A stretch of DNA of 64,000 nt from Octopus vulgaris (Eukaryota): NCBI GenBank assembly GCA_951406725.2, contig OX597822.1:54684001-54748000 (forward strand), written 5' to 3'. The translations under genes were made by a program, and so were the position numbers. A model generated the notes under the pieces. It had not been told where the DNA came from. It was given only the letters and a program-made list of their open reading frames with translations, and did not search any database. Below, one piece after another: positions 40,049 through 52,831 of the stretch. How positions within the stretch are numbered: position 1 is the first letter of the stretch; each line of letters begins with the position of its first letter.

Positions 40049-41339
40049 GTAGGTGAATACTTTTTTTACTGATTTTCTTCTGATTTATTCTTTTTTCTTT
40101 TAGTTTTACTATGATTCCTTGATTTAATAATTATTTTGACAAGCTTACTTGAAATTAAAGTACACATACATGCAAGACACAAACACAGGAGTGAGAGAAC
40201 AAATAAAAGCAAATTGCACTGAAACATTTGGTTAGAATTACATATGTTTAATAACAGTTTGATTCAGCCCCACATTACTTTACTTAATATTTCCAAACAT
40301 TTGATGATGTAAACATGTCCCCATGAAACTGAATCAAACTGTTATCAAATATATATATCTTTACACACACACACACACACACTGTATTCACTCTTATATA
40401 TGTTTCACTCATATGCAAGCCATATTCAATATTTGATTGAAAAAGTTGGTACCAAACTCCCATAATAAAAATCTACACTGAAGATAGGAGAGTTCAATGA
40501 CCGGCTAATTTTTTAAATAACATATATCTATTGCTATTAATGGATTAGATAATTAGATAAATAATAAGCAATAAGATAAATAATAAGCAATTAGATAAAT
40601 AATAAGCAAGTTGTCTTGTTGAACACATTTATAAAGAAAATAAATTATGACTGTGATTATCGAATAACGTCAACATTGTTAATATTCAAATGAAAAATAT
40701 TTTATGATATGAGAAGAGTTGTTTAAGCAGATTTTATCAAAGCATTTAAACCATATTGCATTTAGACCAGCATATCCAGTGCAAATATTCTACCTGTTTT
40801 ATGTTCAAACCAGCCAGATCCAGCCTCTCGCATCTGCCCTACATTGTCCCTTGAATCCAGGAACTTTTTAGCAACCCCTTGAATAGTTTCCAATGAGATA
40901 AAACAACATATACCCGTCTGTCCAAGTTGAAAATCATAATGCTTTCTGATTTGAAATTGATGTCTGGTTTACTGTCATACACTAAACCCATTTCTCACCA
41001 TAAAACATTGATTTTAGCAATTAGATGCTTTAAATGATGTATTAGGAGATATCATGGTTGCCTTACAATCTTATCTGTAGCAGAAATAAAATGAAACCAC
41101 TATTCCTCTGATCAGCAACCCGGTCTAACAGTTCTTTCTGCATCTTAAGTATAGACAGCATGCTAAGGAAACTGCTTGCTAAATAGGTATCATAAGTCTT
41201 CATATATGTAACATAGTGAGTTGAAAATTTCTGATTAAGTGAGATTATCCATGCATTTAGTAGATAAAAACTCCTTAGACATGCTTAAATTCCAAAAACA
41301 GCCAAGTGAAATAACTCCAGTACTGTCAGCTATCCAAAT

Positions 41340-42010
41340 TTTTTTGAAAATGAAGGCAATGCAAAGGCATGCAGTAAACTTGTTTGGAGAGATTCGGAGA
41401 TAAAATTAAGAAATGGGAAATCTTTCAAAATAAATGCTGATATAAACTGCGAGACTAAAATTTTGATATACTGTGTGCCCTGTCCTAATTGTGAAGAAAA
41501 TTACATTAGTCAGACTAGAGATTCCCTATATGGCTGTAACACACACAATGCACAGCCAATATGAGTCAGAAGGAAAATTATGAAAATAAAAAATCTCACT
41601 GAGTGAACATTTAGAAATTTGCAATAGTAACAAAGTCAAAATTTTTCCTTTTTCAAAATGTTCAAGAGTAAATTCACAATCAGCATCATCATCATCAATT
41701 AATATCTGCTTTCTTTATTGGCATGGGTTGGACAATATTAGAAAGAAATAGAAAGAGATGCAGCACTGATTTTTGTCACTGAACAGGTCACGGTCTTAAA
41801 GCGAGGAAAATATTTTGACAAATTAAACTTAAATGTTGAAGTGAATCGAACAGCTTTTGTGTGTTTCTTAAATGGCTTACAAACACCTTCCACGCTGCAA
41901 TTGTTTTCGTTTCAGCACACGATCTCAGATCAAATCACTTGCTATGCAAGTACATCTCTGAAAACATTTTATCAATAAATTTACACTGAAACTAAATTTA
42001 AGAAAGACAA
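41340..42010 (+). pseudogene. Penelope-like element GIY-YIG endonuclease remnant, interrupted by small insertions
   Basis: KSFKINADINCETKILIYCVPCPNCEENYISQT...SLSEHLEIC...KIFPF...KHFINKF.LKLN: LIY-x-CxxC-YI(G)QT motif typical of Neptune-type PLEs. Confidence 0.8.
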
Positions 42011-42047
42011 ATAATGACATTACTTAGAACTTGATAAATATTACACA

Positions 42048-43280
42048 CTAGCTGAATTACCTGGTGTTGCCTGGGTTACTGCTGTTCTTATTCAGATTAG
42101 TAAACAATAAATACAAAGATACATTTTTTTCCTCATAATTATTTCAAAATATCTATATTTTATTTTTAAAATATCCGAATTGTATTGATAAAAGAATTTA
42201 AAACTGAAAATCTGTCAATCTTGAAGCACCTGAGGGTAAACAGTATTCATTGTGTAATTTTTTGTTGGTGTCCAAATGAATAAATTGTTGCTGCTTCCAA
42301 CTCGTGAGCAACCAACATAGAATTGGTCATGGGAGAAGCATGTAGTAGAGGGATGAAGTTCAACTACCTTGAGGGATTGACTGGAAACTGAAGCCTCTTA
42401 AATTCAAATGGAACATTTGTAGGTATGAGAGGAAATTTTGGAATGAAGACATTTTCTTCTTTGTGACTATCTGTTATGATTGTTGCCTGCAAGACATGAG
42501 GCTTCATGGAAGCAACAATTTAGCAAGTTCCATTACACAGGTGTGGAGGGTAAAGATTCCTAAGTAACATAAAGGGGGCTTTAGTGTGAAGTTATGCAGT
42601 GGCATCCCAGTGGGTTTAAATGCGTTCAGATATTTAACAGAGTATTGAATAGCCTGATCTTGATTGACTGTTGTGTGAGTTGATGGAAAAGACATTTCTG
42701 ATATATGTGTTAACTTTAGAAGTTCATGGTTGAGTTTATCAACCATTTCATTAGTTGAGCCAGTATAGCTCTTTCACATAGCCAGTTTACATCAGTCTAA
42801 TTGACAATCATGCATACTCACACATAATATACTCTCACATACACTGACACTCACATACTGTCACATACACTAACATACATATACTAAGACAGACATACAT
42901 TTATGTAACAAACACACAAACACATTCATATACAGAATGTGTAGTAGTGGTGGTGGTGGTGGTGCTGGTATAAAATGTCCTTTACTGTGTGGTACATAAT
43001 GAATGTGCGAACACACACACTCATAGACACACATAGTCTCATATACAAAATGTGTTGTGATGGTGGTATAAAATGCCCTTTATCATAGTTGACTATAGAA
43101 AGATTGTTTTCGGGAAAATGTTATGCTGTTTGAATGCAAATGAAAATAAAATTTACATGTTGACTTGCGGGGTGTAATACTATCACCTTGTAAAGTTTGA
43201 TTTGATTTGGTAGAGCCATTTGAGAATGCATAGGGAACAGACAGACAGACAGACAGAATTTTATATATATATATGTAGAG
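42048..43280 (-). mobile_element. Non-autonomous Helitron with a PIF1-like helicase C-terminal fragment
   Basis: 3' end: hairpin cccaggcaacaccagg then CTAG|T at 42048; 5' end TC..tatatatataaaattctgtctgtc. Internal YLNAFKPTGMPLHNFTLK, LLRNL..PHLCNGT, FEFKRLQFPV, CFSHDQFYVGCSRVG. Confidence 0.9.
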
Positions 43281-43467
43281 AGAGAGATTACAATCTTTGT
43301 TTGCAAAAGACAAAAGTACTAGACTCATAAGACAAATAGTATTCAAATTTAACTTAATCTATTTCAGTTGATTTTCTTTCTACTGACGGTGAATATTTTC
43401 TTATATCATTATTAATAAACAATGTTTCAGTTTTCTGAAACATTGACAGTAGTCTTTTATTAGTTTG

Positions 43468-44365
43468 CTAGCAGAGATACCCGGCGTTGCCTGTGTTACA
43501 TGCAATTGAAGAATTAGACTTTTCTGTTATATTTTCTCTTATGAACTGGAATAACTATGATTCGAATTTCATCAAAATTGCAGATGAGGGTTCTATCCCT
43601 CTTTACACACCCTAAAAAAATTCTAATCATGACACATATATCCCATACTACTGATCTTTATGTGCAGAATTCAAAATTCCAGTCTTATGGAACCTGTTAA
43701 AAGAGTACAACTGTATTTGTCTTTGCTTAGATAAAATGACTGAATTGTGGGTGTTAAGTCCGCATGAAGGGGTCTTTGTAACTTCTAAGAAGATGAAATT
43801 TTAGAAATATTACTTCATTTGTGTCTAATATCTATGGTTAAAATTTCATCAACAGCCAAAATATATGAATTTCCATGGGGATTATGGCCCTTATGCATAG
43901 AATATAATTTCCAAATTTCATAAAGGTCCTTTTCACCTAGTTTTGGATTATAAAAAAATGACTAAAATTTGGGAGCTAATGCCCCCATTAGGGTGTCTTA
44001 GAATCCTCATGAGAAGTGGAAACTTTGAGAATACTTCTTCATGTGTGTCAATTACCTATGGTTGAAATTTCATCAACATCAAAAATTTATGATTTTTCAT
44101 GGGGGTTCTACCTCTTTTAAGCCATCTCAAATCCAAACCAAACATACTGCATCATACCCGCCCTTATGCATTGAATCTAAGTTCCAAATATCATAAGGAT
44201 CCATTCAGTAATTTTGGTCCATGAAATTGTATGAAACACACAGCATTACCCTTCTCCCTAGGCTTGGATTTTGTGTTCCAAATTTCATTATGATCCGTGC
44301 AGCAGTTTTCGAATGTACAAGTAACACACGAACACACATAATGACATTGACTTTTATATAATAGA
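43468..44365 (-). mobile_element. Non-autonomous Helitron with internal diverged tandem repeats
   Basis: 5' A|TCTATTATATAAAAG at 44365; 3' caggcaacgccgggtatctctgCTAG at 43468; aatttcat(c/t)a motif recurs every ~215-275 bp. Confidence 0.8.
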
Positions 44366-44413
44366 TATGAATATACACATATACATACATGCATATGTGT
44401 GTGTGTGTGTGTG

Positions 44414-44449
<36 letters not shown>

Positions 44450-44519
44450 GCGCACACACACACACAAAGAGATAGATTGATAGATACAACTGAGTGGGCA
44501 AACAAAAATATGAGACACT

Positions 44520-44858
44520 GCCTAGTGCTTTTTTTTATTTTGATAAGCCTGGTACTTATTCTATCAGTTTCTTCTTGTGAAACAAGTAAGTTATGGGGAT
44601 GTAAATAAATGAACAGCAGTTGTGAGACATTGATGAGGGAGAAATACAGAGACAAAGACACACTCATACACTTACATATATACATACATGTATATACGAT
44701 TGATTTCTTTCAGTTTCTGTCTACAAAATCCACTGACAAGGCTTTGGTTGGTCTGAGGCTACAGCAGAAGACACATGCCAAGTCACCACACAGTGGTACT
44801 GAACCCAGGACCATGTGTTTTGGAACCAAGTTTCTTACCACACAGCCACACTTGCACC
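44520..44858 (-). mobile_element. SINE family A (older copy)
   Basis: ttctttcagtttctgtctac...cagtggtactgaacccaggaccatg...ccacacagccacacttgcacc. Confidence 0.85.
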
Positions 44859-44975
44859 TATGTGTGTGTATGGGTGTATATATGTATGCATGTATATATG
44901 TGTATATATATGTGTACATACTACATGTACATCTATATATATACATCTACATATATACATGTATACATATACATC

Positions 44976-45013
<38 letters not shown>

Positions 45014-45179
45014 CTTGTATATATGAGATAATAGTTTCACTTTAATAGTTTCAGTATTAAAGTAAAACTATTAAAGTGAAAATATCTGACATTACAATAG
45101 AGATGTTATTGTTTCATTTTGACTGAAATACTGGAGGAGATATGATATTGCTCTGGGCTTGCCTAGTGCAAGTTAAAAA

Positions 45180-45320
45180 TTTTTTTGGCCTATGACACTA
45201 CATGGACCCTAAGTAAGGCATGTGTAAAATTTGAATGAAATTGGTTGGTGTAGTTCTCAAGTTTTAGGGATTCACACAGACAGATACACACACATTCTCA
45301 TCTTTATATATATATATAGA
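45180..45320 (-). mobile_element. Helitron 5' end fragment
   Basis: Minus strand A|TCTATATATATATATAAAGATGAGAATGTGTGTG...ccaatttcattcaaatttt. Confidence 0.6.
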
Positions 45321-45394
45321 TCAATGTATTATGCTGACCTCTACCATAGACTTTTTATTCACCATACATAGAGAACAGCACACACAAATATATA

Positions 45395-46652
45395 TTGGGT
45401 TAGCAACTAAGTTCCTGTTGTTATTTTAAATTTTGGAATATATTTTTTTCAGGAATTCTATTTTTGAATCATTTTGGAATCTATTGTTTTTTTTTTTCTA
45501 GTTAATTTTAGTTAATTTTTGTTTATTTTCAGATCATTAAAATGGAATGTCAAGTTAAGAAAAACAAGCATTTTTGACATCTTCTTTTTGTTTTTAATCA
45601 AGGTTCTAAGGCTGTAAAAGCTGCTCGCAACATTTGTGCTATGTATGGAGAGGGTGCCATAGCTGAAAGAACTGCTCATGATTGGTATGCCAAGTTCAAA
45701 AATAGAAATTTTGACTTCAAAGATGCACCTTGTTCTAGCTGTCCAGTTGAGTTGAATGAAGAGCGATTAGACCAACTTTTGCACGATAATTCTCATCAGA
45801 TGACAAGGGAAATGGCAGAGAAACTGGAATGTTCCCACACTGCTATAGAGAAGCATCTTCACTCGATGGGAAAGGTTCAGAAGTATAGAGCATGGGTTCC
45901 ACATGCTTTAAGTGACAACAACAAAAATCAACAAGCTACAATCTCCGCTGGTTTACTTGCTTGTCACCGCTCAACTCTTGGACACAAGCAACAATTTCTT
46001 TACCGAATTGTTACTGGTGACGAAAAATGGTACCTGTACATCAATATGAAGCAGTGTAAGGAATGGCTTAGCCCTGGTAAACAAGAGACACCACGCGTGA
46101 AACAAGATCTTCATCCGCATAAAACGATGTTGTGCATTTGGTGGGACTGGGAAAAGGATTATCCATTATGAATTGCTTGAACGGAACCAAACAGTCAACG
46201 TGGAACTCTATGTTCAACAGATGGAATGACTCAACACGGCTATTCAAGAGAAAAGACCTAATTGTCAGCATGGAGTTCTGCTGCACGACAACACCCACCC
46301 TCATATTGCCAATATGACCAAGGAAGCCATTCAAAAGCATGGCTGGGAAGTGCTGCCACACCCACCATACTCTCCGAATTTGGCACCAACGGATTTCCAC
46401 CTCTTTTGATCTCTTTCAAATGCTATGCACTGTTTCGTTCAATACTGATGCAGAAATGAGAGCTTGGTTAAATCAATTTTTCGAGTTGAAATCGAATGAT
46501 TTCTACCAACGAGGTATTGAAAATCTTGTTGAACGTTGGGAAGAAGTTATAAACAACAAGGGTGAATATATTATTGATTAATTAGTTGTTTTAAACCTTC
46601 AAAAATATTTAAATTAAAAAAAAAACCCACGGGAACTTAGTTGCCAACCCAA
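45395..46652 (+). mobile_element. Full-length (1258 bp) mariner, mellifera-subfamily-like TIRs
   Basis: TA|ttgggttagcaactaagttcc ... ggaacttagttgccaacccaa|TA flanking the transposase pseudogene. Confidence 0.95.
45542..46581 (+). pseudogene. Mariner DD34D transposase, disrupted
   Basis: MECQVKK...WVPHAL...VTGDEKW...LHDN...HPPYSPNLAPTDFHLF...GEYIID; early in-frame TGA and frameshifts near 46150 and 46425. Confidence 0.95.
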
Positions 46653-46692
46653 TAGATACACTTATATGTATGTTAGTAAATATATATATATA

Positions 46693-46860
46693 GGTGCAGG
46701 AGTGGTTGTGTGGTAAGTAGCTTGCTTACCAACCACATGGTTCTGGGTTCAGTCCCACTGCATGGCACTTTGGGCAAGTGTCTTCTACTATAGCTTCAGG
46801 CCACTCAAAGCCTTGTGAATGGATTTGGTAGACAGAAACTGGAAGAAGCTTGTTGTATAT
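46693..46860 (+). mobile_element. SINE family A 5' half
   Basis: ggtgcaggagtggttgtgtggtaagtagcttg...gggttcagtcccactgcatggcactttgggcaagtgtc. Confidence 0.85.
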
Positions 46861-47115
46861 GTGTATATCGTTGCCCAGGTGAAAGAGAATAATGAAATTT
46901 TAAAATACCATCTAGATTACACAGGTCTCAACTGCTAGTAGCCGAGATACCAACTTTCTACATTAATAACTCTCCAACCCATGCCAACATGTAATATAGG
47001 TGTTAAATGAAATGTTAAAAGAAAGTTTTCAACTCATATATGTAAATAAAGTAAATACACGTAATTAAAAAACATGTTTTGTGTAACTTATTTCATAACA
47101 TTCATATAAACTATG

Positions 47116-47722
47116 AAAGGTCAATTTTGGTGATTCATTTGACAGAGGTGGTAGAAAACCAGTCCAATGATAAATATGACCTTGGATCTTGAGTTTGCAT
47201 GAATCCTGGCTCAGTTAAATCTCTTGTGGTTCCAAATGATGTCATCTGTAGTGCAGTGTTGTATTGTCTAATTTTGTTTTGGAAGTGCTTGGAATCTTGG
47301 TCAGTTGATGACAACAGTTTCTTCAATGGCTCTGGAGGTTGGGTGATTGCAGAGAGTTTAACCTTTCCACCCCTGCAGCACAGTGCAGGTGTCTCTCCAG
47401 GCCATTTCCTTGCTTTTCAATGAATGCACTCAGTTGTCATTGTGCCAATGGAAACTAGTGTCATCTGCATAATGAACTGCTGGATCATAATTGAAAGCTG
47501 CTTCATAGAAGTTGCTTCTCTGAGCTCTTGCAACTGCTCTTCATTCTGCAGTGGAAATCCTATTCCTTGTCAGTCGTGCATACCTCTGTTCATCACTTTG
47601 AGATGCTCTGGCTTTTGTAGTGCACAGTCTGTTTGTTTCTTGGTATGCTTCCCTTTCTGCAGCCGCCTCTCCTTGTACACAGACATTCTTTTGGCTGACC
47701 TTGACATTTTCCTTCTAGGCAT
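47116..47722 (-). pseudogene. Helitron Rep/Hel N-terminal fragment (Zn-finger region)
   Basis: IGTMTTECIH*KARKWPGETPALCCRGGKVKL...PPEPLKKLL...SKHFQNKIRQYNTALQMTSFG...IQGHIYHW; adjacent 47760-48240 carries ~130 bp tandem repeats. Confidence 0.9.
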
Positions 47723-49159
47723 GGTTATATACGTATACAGAAATAAACTGGTGCAGAAGATAGTAAACAATGAAAATAACTGGGTAATGGAAATTATATT
47801 TCTTCATACAATAGGTAGAAAGTAAATAAGAAACTTTTACTGAAAATAAAGAATTGTACGGGTTGAAGCGAAATTTGTCAGTAAACCAAAGAGCCGGTAT
47901 CGAAGAAACCAGAAAAAAGCTGTTAACAACAGAAAAACACAAAACTGTTGCAAAAGTAAATGAGAAATTTTTAGGGAAATTAACTAAGTGTACAGATTTA
48001 AGTGAAATTTTTGAAGTTACTTCTGTCAGTAAATTATGAACTTACTTTTATCAGTAATTCCATCAACAACAAAAAACACAAAATTTTGTAAAAGTAAATA
48101 AGAAATTTGTAGGCAAATTTATCGAAGTGTACGGATTGAAGTGAAATTTATGCAGTTACTTCTGTCAGTAAATTATGTATGAAATTACTTTCGTCAGTAA
48201 TTTTGAACAACTTTCTGTCAGTAATTTGCTGACAGAGAATGACAAGAAAGTTCACCTTTTATAGCCCAATGGTTTTTCATGCAAATTAAGGAATGTATGC
48301 ATTCACAAAGACATACAGACATGTACACACACACACACACACACACATACATGACTGGCTTCATGCAGTTTCTGTTTACTGATTTGATGGGAGAGATTTT
48401 CTATGGCCCTTGTCGTTGCCAACACTCACAAATATTTCCCCATAGTCAGGTATGTTTTATGGAAGATTGGAAATAAACAACTCTGCTTCTATGAAAATGA
48501 CACTTGTTTACAACTATTATATGATCCCAAGATAAGCATGCAAACACTCTCTCACTCCCACATACATATGAACACACATTTATGAGAGACTTCTCTAAGT
48601 TTCTGTCTAGTAAATCCACTTGCTGGCATAGACTTGGAAATAGGCGGTGCAGGAGGTGCAAGCACATCCCCTACAATTTTGTGGGGCCAGTGTAAACACT
48701 TTAAATATTCTGGGTTTGTTCCTGCACTTATTCTTGCTGGTCAGCCAGGTGTTAAAGAAGACATTTGTCCACATTGTGAGACTTAACCCAAAGCATGTGA
48801 TTTGGATGTGAACATCTTCACCATTCAACCATACCTGTATATTAATAATGTTTAGTTTTATTGGACAGGCTACTGACAACTGTCTATAGACGCAATCCTA
48901 CTGTTGCTTGACATGGATCGTTTGCCTACTGTATTTCTACTGTATAGCTAAATCAGCTATCCTTAGACAACTTCATCCTGGTGAACTTTCTTGCTGGTAT
49001 CATATTGATGCAAGCTTAATATGGATGCTCAATTTCCATGGAAGAGTGACTACTAGGACTTCCATTCTCAAATCAATCAGCCAACCAAGCCTCCTAGCTG
49101 CTGGATCACAGAAGCACTCCACAATTCTGTGTGTACTAATATTTATGCAAATGTATATA

Positions 49160-49370
49160 TTGCTTTCAAATCTTGGCACAAAGCCAGCGAGTTCAGGAGA
49201 TGGCGTAAGCCGATTACATTGACCTCAGTGTTCAACTGGTACCTATTCTATCAGTCCCAAAAGGATTAAAGGCAAGGTTGGTGTCAACAGCATTTGAACT
49301 CAGAACATGGCAACGAAGTACTACTAGGCATTTTGCCTCGTGTGCTAATGATTCTACCAGCTCACCACCT
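49160..49370 (-). mobile_element. SINE family B copy
   Basis: aaggattaaaggcaaggttg...tttgaactcagaac...gctaatgattctaccagctcaccacc. Confidence 0.75.
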
Positions 49371-50262
49371 TCACAAATGTATATATCTAATTACACCTTG
49401 CTTTCCAAATCTTTCTCATTCTTCTGCTGCATATCTTGTTACATATAATTCAGATTTATTTTATAGTTCACCACTAGCTGCTTACATTTCAAATATCTTA
49501 TATTCATTATGTTCTTTGATATTCATACTCGATCCAATATATCAAATCATCTCTTATTACAGTACTGACTGCTACTCACTTATAATTAAAAATTCCTGTA
49601 CATTATTCTCTTTCTTGGATGTAAAATATTGAAACGAAGTATAAATATGAAGTAGATGATTACAAGTTAAAAGATATCGTCTCTCAGTGTATCATTTGTT
49701 TCTCCTTTTGCCCTCTCCAAAACATCTGAGCCTTTCTAATCATCTGGTAGAATGATGCTTACTTAAAAAGTAAGCCATTCCCATTTTAAAATAAGAACTA
49801 ATGAAAACTTGGAAAGAAAATATCAGTATTTTCTTGTTCTTTCTTTGTGTATAGTAGCAGTTGTTAGGCAGTCCAATCCCAGTTATATTTCTTTTAGTTT
49901 AGTTTGACCTGAGAGGGAAACAAGATGTAGTTGATGTGATTTGAGCTCAGAATAAGGTAAAATGGAAATAGCATGGTTACAGGTACAATTCACATTGTGT
50001 AGCATCTTGAGTGGAATTTGTTTTAAAAGAACCTAAGTGGAAGCCTGTGGTGTGTTTATATATTTTGTATTGCAGTTGGGGAATAATAGTTTCATTATCG
50101 ATTATAGATTTCCATTGAAGCTAATCATTGCTTTCACTGCACTGTGTGTGTGTGTGTGTGCGCGCTCATGTTTTTTTCTTTTTTCCTCTTTTTAATTTAA
50201 CTTTAACTGGTCACCTGCTTGGTAGCAAGGTTGTGAAGGAAAGCATCTTGATTTTTTTTTTG

Positions 50263-50866
50263 TCATACTTTAAATATTAAGAAGGTTTTGCAAGTTTTTA
50301 TTGTCCCAGATACTGAGATTGTTTGTAGCATATGAATCAAGGAGTTGTATTCTTTCTGTAAGAACCCAAGTTCAGCCATATTTTACTCCAGGCAGGTTTA
50401 TACATATTCTGTTTCTCCAATAATAATAGATATGACACTGAAAGTGCATCTTAGTTACTGGATTTTTCAATTCCTTATCAACAGTCCATAGGTGTTTTCT
50501 TTCCCTTGTATTTTTCTGACCACAATGGGGTCTAGAGAGCAGCTGATTTCCACAAGAGTAGATTGTTTTCTTGTGCTCCCACACAACATCTACCTAGTTG
50601 TTTTAACTTTGTAGCTGTTTTAATTTTTAAGTACCACCAATATTCTTTAGACCATTTGCTGTCAATATTGTCAACTTTGCCTAATGGTATTTTCTTTTTC
50701 CTTATTTTGTGTTCCAAACTGTTGCAGCAACCACATCATGACTCATGGGAAGATAATAGCTAGAAGACATTGTCTTGCAGTTGACAATAATATGGTTGAT
50801 GTCTCCACTTTTAGTTTCACACAGCTTATATTTGTTGAGTGTCCATGGTTTTCCCCTTTTATGATC
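50263..50866 (-). pseudogene. R4/Dong-type LINE 3' end (CCHC knuckle plus restriction-like endonuclease), decayed
   Basis: NKYKLCETKSGDINHIIVNCKTMSSSYYLPMSHDVVA...EYWWYLKIKTATK...VEISCSLD...KENTYG...LGF...LQTISVSGTIKTCKTFLIF: degenerate CCHC, RHD and endonuclease motifs. Confidence 0.8.
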
Positions 50867-51160
50867 TAGGAACTTGGTAGTGGTGTGTATGTATATGTAT
50901 GTGCATGCATGTATGTATATATATTGATCTATCTATCTGTCTTTCTTTGTCTTTTCTATATTGGCGAAGAATGTAAATATTGGTAAGAAAACTGAAAAAA
51001 ACCTAATGCTCTTTAAGTGAAATCTCTTGAAATATTTGTTCTTCACTCAATTATTGACACTCACTTGTCACACTCACCATCAGAAATGCCATAAACCAGT
51101 GATTGGGCCACTGGAAGGCTGAATCCAGTTACACAAGCTATTGCAGTGTTAAATGAATAA

Positions 51161-51950
51161 ATTTTCTGCAATGAATTGAGAAGCAGTGATGAGTGACAAT
51201 TCTGTAATAATGATAATAATATTTTATAAGTTTGATACTTATAAATGATCACTGTGTATTGGCTTAAATAAATAGTCTAATATTGGGGCATATAAGCCCT
51301 CAATAGAAAAAAAGTGGATTTTTCATATGCATGGGACACAAACCCACACCTCTGTATATTCATAAGTGTGCTACCATAACACCAACATACCTACTTACTT
51401 CTTCCTGTTAGATTTAAGAACTATAATTTCATAGTGTTGTTTTCTGAACAAACAGGCATATGCATTTTCTGTGATGAATTGAGAAGTGGTGACAAGTGAC
51501 AATTCTGTAAATAATCCTTTCTGCTAAAGGCACAAGTCCTGAAATTTGCGGACAGTGGACTAGTCAATTTCATCAACCCCAATGTGTCACTGGTACTTAA
51601 TTGATCGATCCTGAAAGGATGGAAAGCAAAGTTGACCTCAACGGAATCTGAATTCAGAACATAGCAATGGCCCTAAATACCACTAAGCATTTCACTCAGT
51701 GTGCTTACGATTCTGCCAGCTCGCCATCTTCAGTTCTGTAAATAATAATAATAATTTATAAGCTTAAAGCTTATAAAACAGTCACTGTGTATTGACTAAA
51801 GAAAACAGTGTTAAGATTGGGGCATACGGAAAGCCCACTTTTTTCCATCAAGGGTTATATGCCCTAATATTTAAACTATTTTCTTTAGTCACTATACGGT
51901 GCTCACTTATAAACTTTAAGCTTATAAAATAGTATTATTCTTTACAGAAA
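51161..51950 (-). mobile_element. Tandem ~303 bp tRNA-Gln-like cassette units ending in a foldback
   Basis: Junction gtgacaattctgtaa at ~51193 and ~51496; minus strand TTGGTGTTATGGTAGCAC...GGGTTTGTGTCCC...T run; 51735-51950 is palindromic. Confidence 0.7.
51515..51730 (-). mobile_element. SINE family B nested in the tandem element
   Basis: Family B sequence flanked by duplicated ttctgtaaataat. Confidence 0.85.
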
Positions 51951-52269
51951 TAAATTAATAATACATTTAGCCCCCAATAATCTTTTATCTCACCCATCTT
52001 CTCTGATCTATCGAAAACATTCATGTTACGTGATACTCTGTTCTTAAGGAATGTTAGGATAATTGATCTTAACATTGCAGTTTGGATGCTTTAGTGTGAG
52101 ATCATTGAAGGTCTGTGCATTAATATCGAGGTTTGTGGCTTCAGTCCTTCCTTGCTTTGAAATATGTGTATATGGGCAGTGTATGGGTGAGGGGTGAAAG
52201 TTGAATGGTCTTGGAATCTTGATCAGAAAATATACGGAAGGAAATATGTAAATATAAGATTTTGTCATT

Positions 52270-52520
52270 GGGATTTATTGGATAACATATAGCTGTAAAA
52301 TATAGTCCTGGAGTGTTATTAGACAATGTAGTCATAGAAACTTGCTGGAGATATAAAGTATATTCCCTGGTGTTATTAAGCAATATAGTGATGGGAACAT
52401 TTAGATATAAAATATATTTCTGACGTGTTGTTATACAATGTAGTCACGGGAACATGTTGGATATATGAAATATATTTCCAAAGTGTTATTGGACAAAATT
52501 TTAGGGAAAACATGTTATAA
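52270..52520. repeat. Diverged ~58 bp minisatellite, ~4 copies
   Basis: gtgttattagacaatgtagtcat.g.aacat.t.ggatat.taaa.tatatt repeats. Confidence 0.75.
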
Positions 52521-52831
52521 GTTTATAAATTATAGTTCCCTCTCTTTTGCTTGGGGTGAGTAAGGGCAGTACCCATAATCATTTTCAGAGCTGCTGAAAT
52601 TGGTAGGAAGAAGAGAGGAATCTAGGAAGTTATCAAATCAAATCTAGCCTGAATGCTTACAATAGAGTGGACTCCACTGAAAGTACTCAAGGTACCAAGT
52701 GCGGTATTAAAACAAAGCAATAGATTGAGTCTATCACCCAAGGACAGGGATGAAGTGTCCCACCAATAGATTTCAACATTAATTTCCCTTAGCTAAATTT
52801 CATATACAGGGTCTTTTAAATAGTTTCTTTT

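Noticed and set aside
45641-46171. SETMAR-like host gene
   Set aside because: No SET domain; it is a disrupted transposase between TIRs.
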